DNA of 64,000 nt from Octopus sinensis (Eukaryota), in NCBI RefSeq assembly GCF_006345805.1, contig NW_021832228.1:138114-202113 (forward strand), written 5' to 3'. Of the stretch, positions 1 through 12,609 are shown piece after piece. Position numbers and translations under genes: made by a program. Every line of letters starts with the position of its first letter. Position 1 is the first letter of the stretch. Below the pieces are notes generated by a model. The model was given only the letters and a program-made list of their open reading frames with translations. It did no database searches and was not told where the DNA came from.

Positions 1-620
1 CCTTCATTGGTCAATTAGTGCCACATACCACCACAATTACATCCACTTGTGCCTCCACTAGCAGAACCACTCTTTCACGGTCACACTCACGAGTGCTCAC
101 GGCGGCCCCACACATCAATTGATTTTTATTAGTCATATTCATTATCGACTACCTTTGGTCCACCACTGAGTTGGGGAATTCACAGTTTTTTATTATGTCT
201 TTTCTGGTGACCAGTGCAACCAGACAGTACTCTTTTTCCACGATTGGCAGTTTTCCTTTCTTTAAATTTCGGAGGGTCTTGTAGGCGTCTTGGAAATTGA
301 TTCCGTCGTTAGAAGTGACCAATGACTCTCCGGGGTCATCACCTGCAGTGACAAGTCGAGGCAAACCACTTCCATCCTCGTCTGGTCGGACACACAGAAC
401 AAATCAATGTCCCGTTGAGGCACCAGGCCCAACAACCGTCCATTCAGTGTCACCGAAAAGCCAGAAAAGCCATGTTTATTGACCAGGATTTTGTATTCTG
501 CCACAGTAGTGCTGGGGGAGACGACAACTGGGTTCATAATGAAGCCCTGTTTAGAGGATTTGACTAGTCGGGGGGACGGAAAAAGGCCACACTCTCCATG
601 GAAGAATTTTGGATATCAGC
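1..620 (-). pseudogene. IMPDH: IMP dehydrogenase fragment (CBS pair and start of catalytic barrel), runs off the window edge
   Basis: Spliced translation VKSSKQGFIMNPVVVSP..HGFSGF..RDIDLF..VMTP..LKKGKLPIV..LVALVTRKDIIKN..QLMCGAAVSTRECDRERVVLLVEAQVDVIVV. Introns are 24-27 nt, there is a 1-bp frameshift near 332, and one acceptor reads AA. Confidence 0.9.
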
Positions 621-1129
621 AATGTCGATGTTTGGAGTCGTTTTGTATGTTGTAGTTGGTGGATGCGAAAATGGTGGAGCAAGGACATGTTCTTGTGATT
701 TCGTTTAATGCGCAACAAGTGATGGGTGTGGTGGACAAATCGAATAAATTGGTGGAGGGAGATATGGTCGTGTGTGATGTATTAAAGAGAATAGGAACAA
801 GCACGTTTGGGCTTTATGTAGGAATCAGAGTTCTCTCGATCCTATGACTGCCTGGAAGTTGATTGACGTTTCGTTTATGCCTACCGAACAGTGGATTTGA
901 TTGATAAGTTATATTATATTATTTCTTAATTCGAGTCTAATTAGCTTTTCTTATTTTTTGATAATATTTTATGCTGATTTATCAAGAATTATTGTGAAAT
1001 CCGCCACCCTTTTATGGGCTAAATTATTATTGCACTCATATTTTGAACAGCCATAATCGAAAGTGGAATTCAACAAGGCGGCCCTCTGGGTTTACTCCTA
1101 ATCTCTCTCGTAAATCAAAAAACCCTAAG

Positions 1130-1760
1130 ATCTGGTAAAACTGATCTTAAAGTATGATTCTGGATGATTGTGCATTTGAAAGAACCGCTGAAATCATTCT
1201 AAGAAAGCTAGAATAACTGTGTCGAATTTTTAAGCTCTCGCATTCGAAATTCAACTGTGGAAATTGCAAGATCTTGAATATCAGTTTCCCTTAAAGCGAT
1301 CGGTATGGCCAACGCAGCTGCGAAATGATTGGCACGGTTCTATCTCAATACAAGAGCAGCTAATATAGTTTAGTATAGATGATTGCCTTGCTCTTGAGTA
1401 AACTTGGTTTACCTATATTATCTGATACAACTTGCCAATCAACAATAAATTGTTAGTAATATAATTGGAAGTCACGTTTGTAAACTTCTTTCCGCCCAGA
1501 ACACAGGAGCATCACTCAAAAGCCCTGAAGTCTCATAAAAACGGGCCAAAGGAAGAAATAAGAGCTATGTCGAAATGGTTTTTATTCTCCCGGCAGTCTA
1601 GATGTCAGGAGTATAGTGACATTCTACAAAAAGCTTGTTTTGAGCATCTGGTCATTTTGGAGAGGGTTGCCGACGACCCATCTGACATGGCCAAACAAAT
1701 TTTCCCAGCTATAGTCTAAGGTAATTTCTTTGCTATCCGTCAATAAGAATTTTTCGTCAG
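1130..1760 (+). mobile_element. Highly decayed mariner-type transposase remnant
   Basis: KWFLFSRQSR..FEHLVILERVADDPSDMAKQIFPA resembles the mariner LFLHDNARPH..WEVLPHPPYSPDLAPSDF.LFP region. Confidence 0.4.
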
Positions 1761-2609
1761 ACCTGTGACAATAATTAATAATTATTTGTTTTAGTGACAA
1801 TTAGATTCATAGTCTCCTGTCGTGTTTTGTTGTCTATGACGTATATCTGTTACACAAATCAACAACAAAAGAGTTGAATACAACCAGCCTTATATACACC
1901 AGGACTGGGTCAAAAACCATACAACGTGTCTGGTTAAGATACTTTGTGACTACATTTGAGTAAGATTAATTATCATATTTAAGTATAAAACGCGTGATAA
2001 CAATTTCTCCTTAAAAGTTATGAATATTTTGTTAAAAGTAGAGTTTTGATGACTTCCGGAGTCTTTGGATCAGAGAGTTTTTCGTTCATTCGAAGATTGG
2101 ATGGTCTAATCACCAAAAAAGCAGGTGATCCGCGGGAGACGTCGTGGCTCTTCCAGAGGATTTCGTGTGCAATTGTCCGCGGAAATTCACACGCTATCCT
2201 AGGGTCATACTAATTAATCCAATCGATTTTGTTCCTTTTGGTTTTGATGAGCTGTGCAATACTCAAAAACTGTCAAAGTTTATAAACTGTATAATTCCTT
2301 TTTTGTTCTCTGCAGAAGTGTTTCCAGACTGCATGTATACTGTTTAAAATCTTTACGTAGATGGACGGTGGATTTGGCATTATTCCAGTTGTCGGAACTT
2401 GTACAGTCGTCATTTTATATGACAGCTTCAGATCTTGTTATTAATATGGAATACTATTTTAGAGTAATGTGTCAATCTCAACAATATATTTTTTGTCTAT
2501 TTTTGATTTTATTAAAGAACTGGAAAATCATAATAAAATAATGCCGACGCCGGTAATAAAAACTTTTTTTTATAAATAGTACCGCTATCGTTTATTGGAA
2601 AATCAAAAA

Positions 2610-4460
2610 ATGACTTTTTTGACGTGTACATGGACTGTAAAAAGGATTATTTTAAAAATATTGATGAAGTAGTGGATAATGTAATAACATGATTGCTTAT
2701 ATATTTAGATATACCAAAAATTGAAGTGTATTTTTTCTATTCGATTTATCAAATTGACATTACCTTCATCTTTTGAAAGTAGTCAGCTATACTCATACTT
2801 TGGAGTATAACTCGGTTTTAATCAAAAACAGATTGAACGTGAATTAAAAATATATTTCATGTCACAAGATATTAAAACTTTTAATAAAACATGTATTTTG
2901 GAAGATAAGATTACTGCTAAAATTTTAACATTTAAGAATCGCCAATTTATGAGTAATTTTGAAATTAACTTCATAGATTTAATTAACACAAATATAGGGG
3001 AAATAAAGCAAAAATATAATGTAATGATATTGTTTTAATATCGAGAAAGATTTACAACGTCCTAAATGTTGGCAAAATTAAACTTTCTGAAGGATGCCAA
3101 GTTATAGCACATGTATTCCCAAATTGTAAGGAATATTTTGTAAACGTTTTATTGAAACTCATTCTAAAAAACGATTTCAAATCCGTCAAGTTTATGAGAA
3201 ATGTATTTGGAGTTGATTTTAAAACTCTTTGATTTTAAAATCCAGTAAACCGCTCCTGAATGTTGCTGCGAGTAAAGGATTAAAAGTATTTTGACTATAA
3301 AGTTGTTATTTTTGGATATAATCAGAACACTCCTCGAAGGAGGGGCTTTAGTCGATTTGTATGACTGTAATGGAAACAGTCCTCTTCACTGTGCTCTCAA
3401 TGCAAAACAATACTCAGCAGCAGAGGTTGAAAATGTACCTATTTTCAGATATTAGTAGAATGGGGGCATCACTAAGTATTCCAGATCGGCACGGGCGTAC
3501 TCCTTTAGAACTGTTTCCTTCATCAGTTTTAGCAGAAAGTTAGGAAATTTACATACATTTTTAATTTATAAAAAATCATAGCCAAATCGACAATTGACTT
3601 AACGAAATTATATTCACCTGATTCTCTGCTTGAAATTATATTCACCTGATTCTCTGCACGAAATTATATTCACCTGATTGGTAGGAAAATGATAACAAAT
3701 TTGAACACGAGGTTTTTTAATTAAAATGAACTTTGAATAGAATTCAAGGAATTACGACACTACTACATCTGGCTGTGTCGATTGATTCTGAGGACTGCGT
3801 CAAAACTTTACTAAATCTTGGTGCTAATGTTGACATGGTTGATAAAAACAGGCAAAATGTTCTTTATGAAGTTAAATCTACAGCAGTCCTAAAGGTATTT
3901 TAAAAGAACTCGATAAACCAAATAATTATAAGCAAACAAATCAATAGAAATGAAAGAGACTACGATGGAAATACACCTCTTCATTGGTTTGCTTGTCGAA
4001 AGGGAGAAAATACGTCTAAGCTTGTCAATCTTCTATTGGAAGACGGTTATGATATAGCTGCAAGAAATGCTGAGGTTTGATTAGGGTGTAATTCAAGTCA
4101 ATGTTACCCATCCATGTTTCTGCATTAAACGGTTGTGAGGCTCTATGTTTGACGTTTTTGGATCACGACAAAAACTCAATCTTTAAAGCAATATCAAACG
4201 AGGATCAAAGAAACCCAAAGAGTCTTTTATTTTATTCAATAATTGGAGGTCACATTTCTTGTGTAAAAATGTACTCGAACAGACTATTATGCGATAGGTT
4301 ACAAGAACATGGTTTTTGTTTTAAGGAAGACGAGCTAAGAATACTTCTTTGTATGGCTTCGGCAAACGAAATAAAATGGCTGATTTGTCTAATTTTACAT
4401 TTCAGTAATGATATATTTGAAGTTATGGAATATCTATTGGGAGAAGGTGCGGATCCAATG
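2610..4460 (+). pseudogene. Ankyrin-repeat protein gene with short introns, disrupted
   Basis: Repeats PLLNVAASKGLKDIIRTLLEGGA, GNSPLHCA, GRTPLEL, TLLHLAVSIDSEDCVKTLLNLGANVD, GNTPLHWFA, LPIHVSALNG and GHISCVKMLQEHG. Introns are 23-29 nt; frameshifts and damaged splice sites are present. Confidence 0.85.
3604..3679 (+). repeat. 28-bp tandem repeat, about 2.7 copies
   Basis: GAAATTATATTCACCTGATT(CTCTGC) starts at 3604, 3632 and 3660. Confidence 0.95.
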
Positions 4461-5700
4461 AGTAGTGAGAGTAGTGTTGGATTCCTCAGTTCTGGGATGT
4501 TCAAAATTGGGGAATTGGTTCAAATCGAGTACAATTTAGTGTTTCATTGGTAGACCGCAGGTTGTGGGGGTTATAACTCGACTGGAACGTCAAAACTTTG
4601 TGATTCTTAATTAGTTCGAAAAGGTGGATTTTCAGAGGTGATTTTAGATTGTTAAGAAAAAGAACAATTCGATAACAGTGAGGAAAGTGAGTGCCAATGC
4701 AGTGACTTTTTACTCGGATAACCAGGCAATAACAGTGGCCAGTTCGGTCAAAGTCATCAAAGGGCCTTTGGAAGTAAGTATATTACGTAATCAGTAGAAT
4801 GAGACGGGAACAGTTACAACAGTTACATGTATATACAAGAATTATGTGTTTGTCAAGTCATCCAGTCTGCAACATAATTCTGGGTTATTTGTGGTGGTTA
4901 GACGGAATCTGCGTCGATTGGATGGTAGTGAGTGTTAGTCGGGGGTTGGACAGTGAGGCACGGAGGAATGCAGTCGAGGGTAAACTGGGTGGTTTTGGGT
5001 CTCCATTCCCGATGGCTTCGCCAATGCACTACGCCACCGCATCTACCAAAGTAGGGTCTTAGAGGAATGTGAGGGATCGTCGTCTTATCGGGAATGCCGT
5101 CATGATCATTAAAGGACCACTGAAAGGGAATATTGGTATCATTAAGGACGCGAGTGAAAAGACTGCACAAGTTGAGCTTCACTGTAGTTGTCGTACCATC
5201 AATGTGGATCGTGGCAATTTAATGGCCATTCGTGCTGCTAATGATAACTCCTATGATTTGTCCACACAAGAAGGCAAAACGTTGTCGATTACTCCCACTG
5301 TGAGCAATATTCCTGTCCCTGTGGGGGGAAGGACTCCTTTATATCCGCAGACCCCGTCCTACCCCGAGATTCCGGCATATCCGCAGACACCATCTTACCC
5401 ACAAACACCGATGATAGAGACAGAGGGAGGAGCAACCCCTCATCATTTGATGGAGGAGGGCATGTCTAATTCGTATTGGCTGTGTATGTTAATTTGTAGA
5501 GTTCAGTCGAGTCCTGCTACATTTGGGAGAATTAATTGGCAGTCCCCATTGGATACTCCATGTTTGTGTTTTGTAATATTGTTGTAGCTCATCTACTATT
5601 TGCTCAAGACTTTGACACCTTATTCTACTGTGTCGGTCTCGTGGTGGCTGCTTCCACCAATAAGTCGTTCATTGATTGCGTGATTCGCCGCCATTAAATT
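4461..5700 (+). pseudogene. SUPT5H: 3' half of transcription elongation factor Spt5 (KOW domains and CTR repeats)
   Basis: SESSVGFLSSGMFKIGELVQIEPQVVGVITRLER, VKVIKGPL, ASPMH, LIGNAVMIIKGPLKGNIGIIKDASEKTAQVELHCSCRTINVDR and GGRTPLYPQTPSYP repeats. There is an in-frame TAG near 4612, short introns, and no NGN domain. Confidence 0.92.
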
Positions 5701-5719
5701 GTCTTAGTCGAATTTCACA

Positions 5720-6038
5720 GAGAAGAAACAGTCTGTCGTAGAAATTCGATAAAATTTGTTTATGAATGTTTTTTAAAAGCAAGGGAAGAATTTATTCCAG
5801 TCTCTGGACCTATTCTTAAAAACGTTGCTATAAAAGTAGTTAGGAATTCCGAACTGTATTCCATTCAGAGGTTCAATGGTTTGCTTGAAAAATTTAAGAA
5901 AAGACACAATTTGTCATTTAAGATAATAATTAGTAAAAAATTCGTGTGATATTTCTTGCCTTGGAATAATTTTTAATTTTTTTTTACAAGAAAATATTTT
6001 TTGTTAAACTATTTTTACTGTATTATCTCTACCCGACT
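5720..6038 (+). mobile_element. pogo/Tigger-like remnant (CENP-B HTH) with a probable terminus
   Basis: FLKAREEFIPVSGPILK and NGLLEKFKKRHNLSFK; ends CCCGACTG followed by TA. Confidence 0.65.
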
Positions 6039-6099
6039 GTATATCTAAAAACGAAAATATAATCTAAATCTGTCAAAAAATTAAAAATAAAAAGTTTTC

Positions 6100-6800
6100 G
6101 CAAAGGAATTAAAAATGTATTCATATAGCTAAATTAGGATTATACCAACAATTTTATCTTGCAGTAATTCTTAAGATCAATGGAAATTCTTGATGGTTAC
6201 TTTGACAAAAATATTAATCAAACAAAAATAATTAAAACACGTGATTCGAATTAGTTAATTTTGTACTGTGAGAATCTATCAACGAAGTAAATTGCATACA
6301 CCAGTTATTAAAAAATTTGTTTTTGTTGGGAAATGAGTTCTAAACGAGTTGTTTTAGATAAATTTCTACAATATCTTTCGACGGGATTGTCACAAATAAT
6401 GAAAAACGGATTTTTTAACACTCTTTTGAACTCCATCGTTGTTAAATTAGTCAAGAACAGTCAGTTTATCGACCAAAAAGATAGTGTTGAGTATATTGTG
6501 CGATGTCAAAATAATAATCTATCCCAAATTGTTGAAAATAAGCAAATAATAAGAGCTGTTATTTGCCACGAACAAGAATTGTTGACTAAGAACAAAAAAG
6601 CCATCTGCTGACCTGGTCTCTAAAGCCAGGCTGATAAAATGTCTCTTGAAAGAATTTGGCAAAAAAAGTACTGCCTCATATTCGCCTGATCTAGCTGCTC
6701 TCATCTGTTCCTATTTCTCAAAATAGTTTAAATAATTGTTAATTTGGTTTAAAAAAACTGTTAGAAATTAAATTAGAAGTAATGTTAGAAAATTAGTTTC
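6100..6800 (+). mobile_element. Decayed mariner transposase remnant
   Basis: VLPH/YSPDLAA..HLFLFL motif near 6665-6720; many stops and frameshifts. Confidence 0.6.
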
Positions 6801-6974
6801 AGTCAGAATCCTCCAAGTTTTGCGTATTCTAAATCAATATTGGCGCTTATTTCTATGTATATTCTTTTTTCTGACATCAGTTCTTCTATAAATATATTAG
6901 AGTGAAATAAAAATAGTGTTGTTAAATGATCCAGGGAATGGTTAGAGACCAATAATAATGGATATTAGTTAAAT

Positions 6975-7710
6975 GGAATTCATGTCATTCCATTCATCGT
7001 CAAATGTATCAAATGAGGTTGTATCAATTTCATTTTCCAGCTTACCTGAGCAAATATTGAGAAAAACAGACCTTCCGCTATTTTTAGATCTGATTCCATT
7101 TTTTGCATGCGATTTAAATATTCTTCATTGGATTTGGTCGCCTAAGTGAGTGTGTTAGCGGGGAATGTCATAAATAGGTAACACAGCAACTTTCTAGCCT
7201 ATCGATGTCTTGCTGACACTTATTAAACACCCTATTGAACTCTGCTGCCCTTTCTCGCTCTTAAATTCAAATAAACTCGACAAATTATGCCGCATAGCAA
7301 AGCTTCATATTACCTCATACAAATCTTCTCTCAGTTTCTTAATTGTAGCCTCGTATTCTTCTACCTTGTTATATGCCTACAATAAATATGTCAGTTTAAT
7401 TAATTAAAGTTAGCACCAGGGACCTAGTGGGGATAAGAAAGGAAAGATTGTTAGCTCGGTACCTCAAGAAAATTAATCTCAAGATATTCGAGATTGTTTT
7501 GAACAACATTGTTTGCATATTTTAATCTTAACAATCTGTTTTTAAATTCCAAGATCTTAATTTTTTCTTCCAGCACTTTCTTTTGTCTTTAATTATTAGT
7601 GGTAGTTAATAGGTTACCTGTCACTTTCGCAGAATTTTTCATAGTTTTGCATTACAAAAATTTCAATTTGTTAATAGAATTTAATATATTTCCAATCTAT
7701 GTTATCCTCT
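6975..7710 (-). pseudogene. Tropomyosin-like coiled-coil gene, C-terminal part with short introns
   Basis: VVQNNLEYLEINFLE / AYNKVEEYEATIKKLREDLYE / ERRAAEFNRVFNKCQQDIDRLE aligns by eye with tropomyosin [44 protein letters not shown]. Confidence 0.55.
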
Positions 7711-7809
7711 TAGAAAATAATACTTATAAATTAAATTACTTAATAAATTATAATTAATCCAAAAAATGACCTCACTTAATTCTTTTAATGCATTATTAAG
7801 TTGAACTGA

Positions 7810-8410
7810 AACTTATTTCGGGGTTAGCTGCCTCGATGTGGATTTACCTCGAACTTGCCACCACCAGCAAACACGAGTATCTGTGTCAAGATTTCGACGG
7901 AAGATGCCTGATTATCAGTCCTTCTTCTCTGAATTCTCTTACTTACTCTCTGGTGATTTGTTTTTGGTATTTTAACCTGTTGGCCTTGACAGAGGAGATG
8001 GAAAACGTCCTGATGGGGTCACAATTTTTCTATTTGAAGAGGGGAAACCCCTAGTCTGGAACACAACTTATATCGACACTCTCTGCCCGTCTAACATTGC
8101 CGGGAGCGCAGTGGACAAACTGTATGCCGCGGAAAAAACGATGAGGGCAAAGAAGAGAAAATAGGAAGCGCTGCGCGACCGATTTGCGTTCTATCCGATT
8201 GTGGTCGAGACAACTGGAGGAATAAGTTGGAAATCGCTTCGCTTCCTAAAGAAACTTGGACGCTTAGCTACGACACACGTGTGACCCGGTGGCTTCTCCA
8301 GTTGATCTCTGTTGCGATTGTGAAAGGCAACGAAGCCTCGATAATGTCGGCGGGGTCCACTTCGGATGAATGACTGTGTTAACTTTTAACTATATCTGTT
8401 TTTGTTATAA
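7810..8410 (+). mobile_element. CRE-clade LINE 3' fragment (restriction-like endonuclease)
   Basis: GKRPDGVTIF..GKPLVW..IDT, FYPIVVETTGGI and LISVAIVKGN; homologous to the C-terminus of the 32.3-35.2 kb element. Confidence 0.85.
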
Positions 8411-9299
8411 AAATAAAATTATTAAACTGTGGATAAATTTAAAGAAAACGCCGAAATTCCATTTTTGATAAATCTCTGTTTTGGGGGAATTTTTTTTAAT
8501 AGGTGCTCAAATAGAGATCATATTGTAATTACAAATTTATAATATTGATTTGAACAAAAAATAGAATGTGACTATATTGTCAAGAATAACAATCTTATAT
8601 CCTATCATTATTTCAGAAATAGTTTTCTAATAAAATCGACTGTAAGCTCGATATTCTTTCTAAATATAGTCAACTGATTATTACAGGCACTTTCGCGATG
8701 CCATGGATCATGACAAAGCTTGTGCAGCACAGGAAACAATACGAGTAATTAGCTTATTCCATACGAGTAGTGCATCGAGATCGTCCCCGTCCTTCAGTTC
8801 TCTACCATCCTTCTTTAGGTCTCTATCCAGCGTACCCGGGAGAGTATTTCTTGGTCGCCCACGGAAACGATGGCCCCCAGCTTCGAAATAGTTCTCCATA
8901 GCGGCGTTTGCCGGTGCATCCAAATCCATCCTTAGAATATGTCCAAACAGCCTCCATCTGCATTCAGTAATTTCGAGCGAGATTGGTTTGCTTGATGTTC
9001 TGGCATAAACTGTTCTGCCACTCAGTCTTGAATGCCACTTGGAGTACGTCGAAGGTGATCTCTATGGAAAGAGTCTAGGTTGTCATTGTCTGTAGCGGAA
9101 AGTCCCCAAGTTCCGGCGTTATATAGGAGTATTGGCTTCACTAATGAATTGTATAGTCGTATCCGTGTTTTTGTGCTGAGTCCTTTGCGTTTTAGCCAAT
9201 TTTCCTTTAAGCTGCGTAGTGCACTGTCTGAAAATTCATCATGTGATATTTTTTGAGTTTATTCCTATAATCTGTTTATATATATTTTTTTTAAATATT

Positions 9300-9760
9300 T
9301 ATTTTATTTGATTGCTCTTATTTGACTGGTTTGCAATATTTTGAATTGCCAAAGCAAAGGCATTCACAAAGGCATTGAAAGACCGGAGGGGTGTCTCTGC
9401 ATTTCAAAGGCATTCACAAATTCTCCGAGGATGTAGTTCACTCGACCCAGCAATGTCACTGCAGACACAACCATCATGTGGAGGGGACCATATATATGAG
9501 TCAATATCCTCACTCCCAGAACTGCCTCAACAACACAACTTGATTGACGTGTAGTTGGTCAGTCACAACGTCGACTGAATAGCCATAGTAAGTGGCCATC
9601 TCCTCTCTCACCAGTCCCCACAGACCATTGTAGTCCATGCTGGCCATAGTAGAGCATATTCGCGACTTGCCTTTATTCCCCATCCTTGCAGTCCCCGGGA
9701 AAAGCAAACAGTTCATAAAATATGAAATCGACTGGGCATTCACAGTGCCAATAACACGAC
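9300..9760 (-). pseudogene. CLUH: Clustered mitochondria protein (CLU) fragment with internal deletions
   Basis: AQSISYFMNCLL, LWGLVREEMATYYGYSVDVVTDQLHVNQVVLLRQF and ILTHIYGPLHMMVVSAVTLLGRVNYILGEFVNAFEMQR match non-adjacent CLUH segments (AISHFLNCFL; LW..I..EA..YF; VYGAMH...CLRLLARLHYIMGDY). Confidence 0.8.
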
Positions 9761-10096
9761 GAAATACATGTTCTTTCTAGCCTAATGATTGCAAGAACTT
9801 TCCGTATGCTATTTATAAGAATTACTGGCCTCAGATTCTCCACTTTTCCTTTAGCTTTGTTTGGTTTTGGACAGGGACCAGTATTCCTCGTCCAAGGGGT
9901 AAATGGTTGTTTGTTTTAAACATTCCGTTGAAGAGGTCCGCAATGAGGACATTTAGCTTTTCACTTCCATATTTGAGTAGCTCTGGTCCTAGTCCGTCTG
10001 GTCCTGGGCTTTTATTGTTTTTGAGTTTAGCACATGCTCTTTGCACTTCTGCAGGAGTTATTTCCAACTCCAATTTCCGGTATATCCATCAATTCC

Positions 10097-10990
10097 TGTC
10101 ACCGTTGAGTTATATGACTGGTTATCTGGTCTATAATCGAAATCCATTTATAATCGAGGTTTTTAGACAAACAGGTGGAGGACATCATATATTTCAAGGA
10201 TTGGTTTAGTCTTTCCACGTGCCCCTGCTATAGGCTCCTATGGGCTAAATTGCAGGTATGGTGTTCATAAGCTTTCTCGCCTGACATTGGCAGCATGATT
10301 TGAAAACTGACATAACCTCACTTCTTAAAGATCCATAAACATTATCTTTAAGGAGAAAAAGCAGCTTGTCTCGACCTGGGTGTCCATTTTTTAAATGGAG
10401 AATTTCAATAAACAGTTTCTTTTCTTCTACTTCCTCGAGACCGAAGGTACGTAATAAGATTCCGGAAGTTTTGAAGTAAACAATGTCATTTTTGGAGTGC
10501 GACGATCTAAATAATGATGCCGTTCTCCTAAAATTTGACTCATTTTGATTCTGAATCACTTCATCTGGCATTTCACCATCCTTAAGAAATGCTATAATTT
10601 CCGACTTTTTCTGTAGGGTCAATAAAACGAACTTCATAACAAAAAATTATGTAAAGTGTTCGGAAAATTTCGATTTTCATATGAGGTCAGCCATTCTAAA
10701 AAATTAAAATTTTCTTTCTTTTTTAAATTAAAAAATTTAAAGTGATGATTTTTGTGATTATATACAGAAAGTTAAATTAATCAGAAATTAATCGGCCAGC
10801 AAGCCGGATGGAACAGCTGTTCCCACGCACAACGGCCAACAGGATCCTTTGGATTGTGATTATATTAATTTAATTTTTTGATAATCTATAATTTTGAGGT
10901 TTCGTTTTAGCGTAGCAACGGCACGGCGTTAACGGCAAAATCGATTTTGCGCGATCTTTCTCAGCCTGCAATCACTCTCAACCGGTGACA
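10097..10990 (-). mobile_element. Ginger2/TDD-like DNA transposon, internally deleted, with integrase HHCC N-terminus
   Basis: Inverted termini TGTCACCG(G)TTGAG; 5-bp TSD ATTCC at 10092-10096 and 10991-10995. ORF 10637-10245 has HLKNGHPGRDK...CCQCQ. Inserted in the RTE ORF. Confidence 0.88.
10785..10852 (-). mobile_element. Very short 5'-truncated CRE 3' end nested in the Ginger element
   Basis: QRILLAVVRGNSCSIRLAG matches the CRE C-terminal motif QRISIAILRGN. Confidence 0.7.
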
Positions 10991-12609
10991 ATTCCTTTGC
11001 TGTTGGATCGAAACAGTTTCTCGAAGTTGCCGGAGATTAGTTCTGCTAATTCTGCGGAGTCTGCAATTCGTCTTCCATTTTTGTCATTTATGATTAGTGG
11101 TTGTCTGTATTTACGTCCTCGTAATAATCTGATCGCCTCATAATACCTTCCATTGTCTTTCAAGGCTTCCATGGCCTTAATCTGTATCTCAGCCTCCTTC
11201 CTTGACATATAGGAGACACACTTCTTGATCTTCTTCTTAATATTCGATCTTTCCCGACCAAGTTTTTCTTTGATGTGCTTGTCCTCCGTATTTAAATATT
11301 GTAGCCAAATAGATTTTTGTTTCTAAACAAGGAGCGATATCTTTGTTGTTCCATTTGGTGATGTGGTAACCATTTCTGTGTCCATGAGCTGTTTCTCCGC
11401 TGCTCCTCGTATTGATTCCTGGATTTGTCCCAGAGTTTGGGGAATGTTGATTTGTTTCCACACTTCCCAAATACGTATCAAGGCATTTCCTATTGTTATC
11501 TCCCATTTGTTGTATTGAGAGTCCATTTAAGTCGAATATTCTCTTCCTAAGGATATCCTGCCTTCCTTTGATATTTGTTTTGTTTTTGTTTAGATGTTTA
11601 TTCAGTGATATTCTTGCAATGACCATTTTGTGGTCACTGTCAATGTTTGACCCACCATATGACCTTGCGTCAGTGAAAAGAGCTTTGTCTTTAGATCGAC
11701 AGATTATATAATCTATCTGGTTGTAAATGTTTATAAATTCGCCGGATAAATTCTTCCTAAACCCCGTCCAAGTAGTTTTGTGTTTTGCATGAATGCAGTG
11801 TTGCAAATAAATAGACCGTTTGCCTGACAAAAATCGGCAAGTAATATTCCTGCCACGTTCCTTATTCCCCTCCCGTGATTTCCCATAAAGGTTTCATCCG
11901 TGTTTCTTCGTAATCCCACTTTGGCGTTAAGGTCGCCAGCAATGATAGTTATTGCCGAGTGAACAAGTTCAGAATAAGCTTCAGACAGGCAAGAGTAGAA
12001 CAAGTCTATCTCAGTGGGGTCTTTTTTAATCCATCCACTGTGGGGTGCGTATACGTTTATAACGGATAGTAAGCTTTTAGATGGGCAAAGCTTATTCATG
12101 CTGATCTGAAATACACAAATCCGATCATTTATGCTATAACAACGATGAACCATTGGTTTCAATTCCTTCTTTATTACAAATCCTTGGCCAAAGTGTCTGC
12201 ATTCACTGATAGCCCGACAGTTCCTCTTCTAATCCCCCATGCAGTTTTGTCTCCTGTAAACATCCAACAGAGACTTTGTATATTTTCAGATCTTCGCACA
12301 ATGCTGTTCTTTTCCAAGATTTAGCGATTCCTCTGACATTAAACGAGAGTTGCGAAAAAAGTGTTAGTTTCCTGAGCTTTTTTGACTCCATCTTTAAAGA
12401 ACCACGTCACAAGTTCAATCGAAAAAGTAAAAAAAAATTATTTCTGAATAATATTGGAAAATCTAAGAAAATTAAAATTGCGTTTGTACGATTTAATTAA
12501 ACCTTGATCTAGTGGTTGCAAAACAACGTTGCATCCCGTGGTAAAAATATTATTTAATTTTGGTTTAATTTAATTAAAACTGAATGTAAATGTTATAAAA
12601 TTCACCTTA

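Larger units (their letters stand above)
8690..12400 (-). mobile_element. RTE-like LINE (APE endonuclease and RT flanks), broken, with nested insertions
   Basis: FNVRG..CLQETK, VINVYAPH, IAGDLNAKVG, NQIDYII, SDHKMV, KSPGPDGL and TRIRLYNSLVKPILLYNAGTW. The RT core is missing between about 9230 and 9775. Confidence 0.9.

Noticed and set aside
3604-3679. CRISPR-like repeat
   Set aside because: The copies are head-to-tail with no unique spacers, there are no cas genes, and the context is eukaryotic; the same applies to 52120-52312 and 63750-63950.
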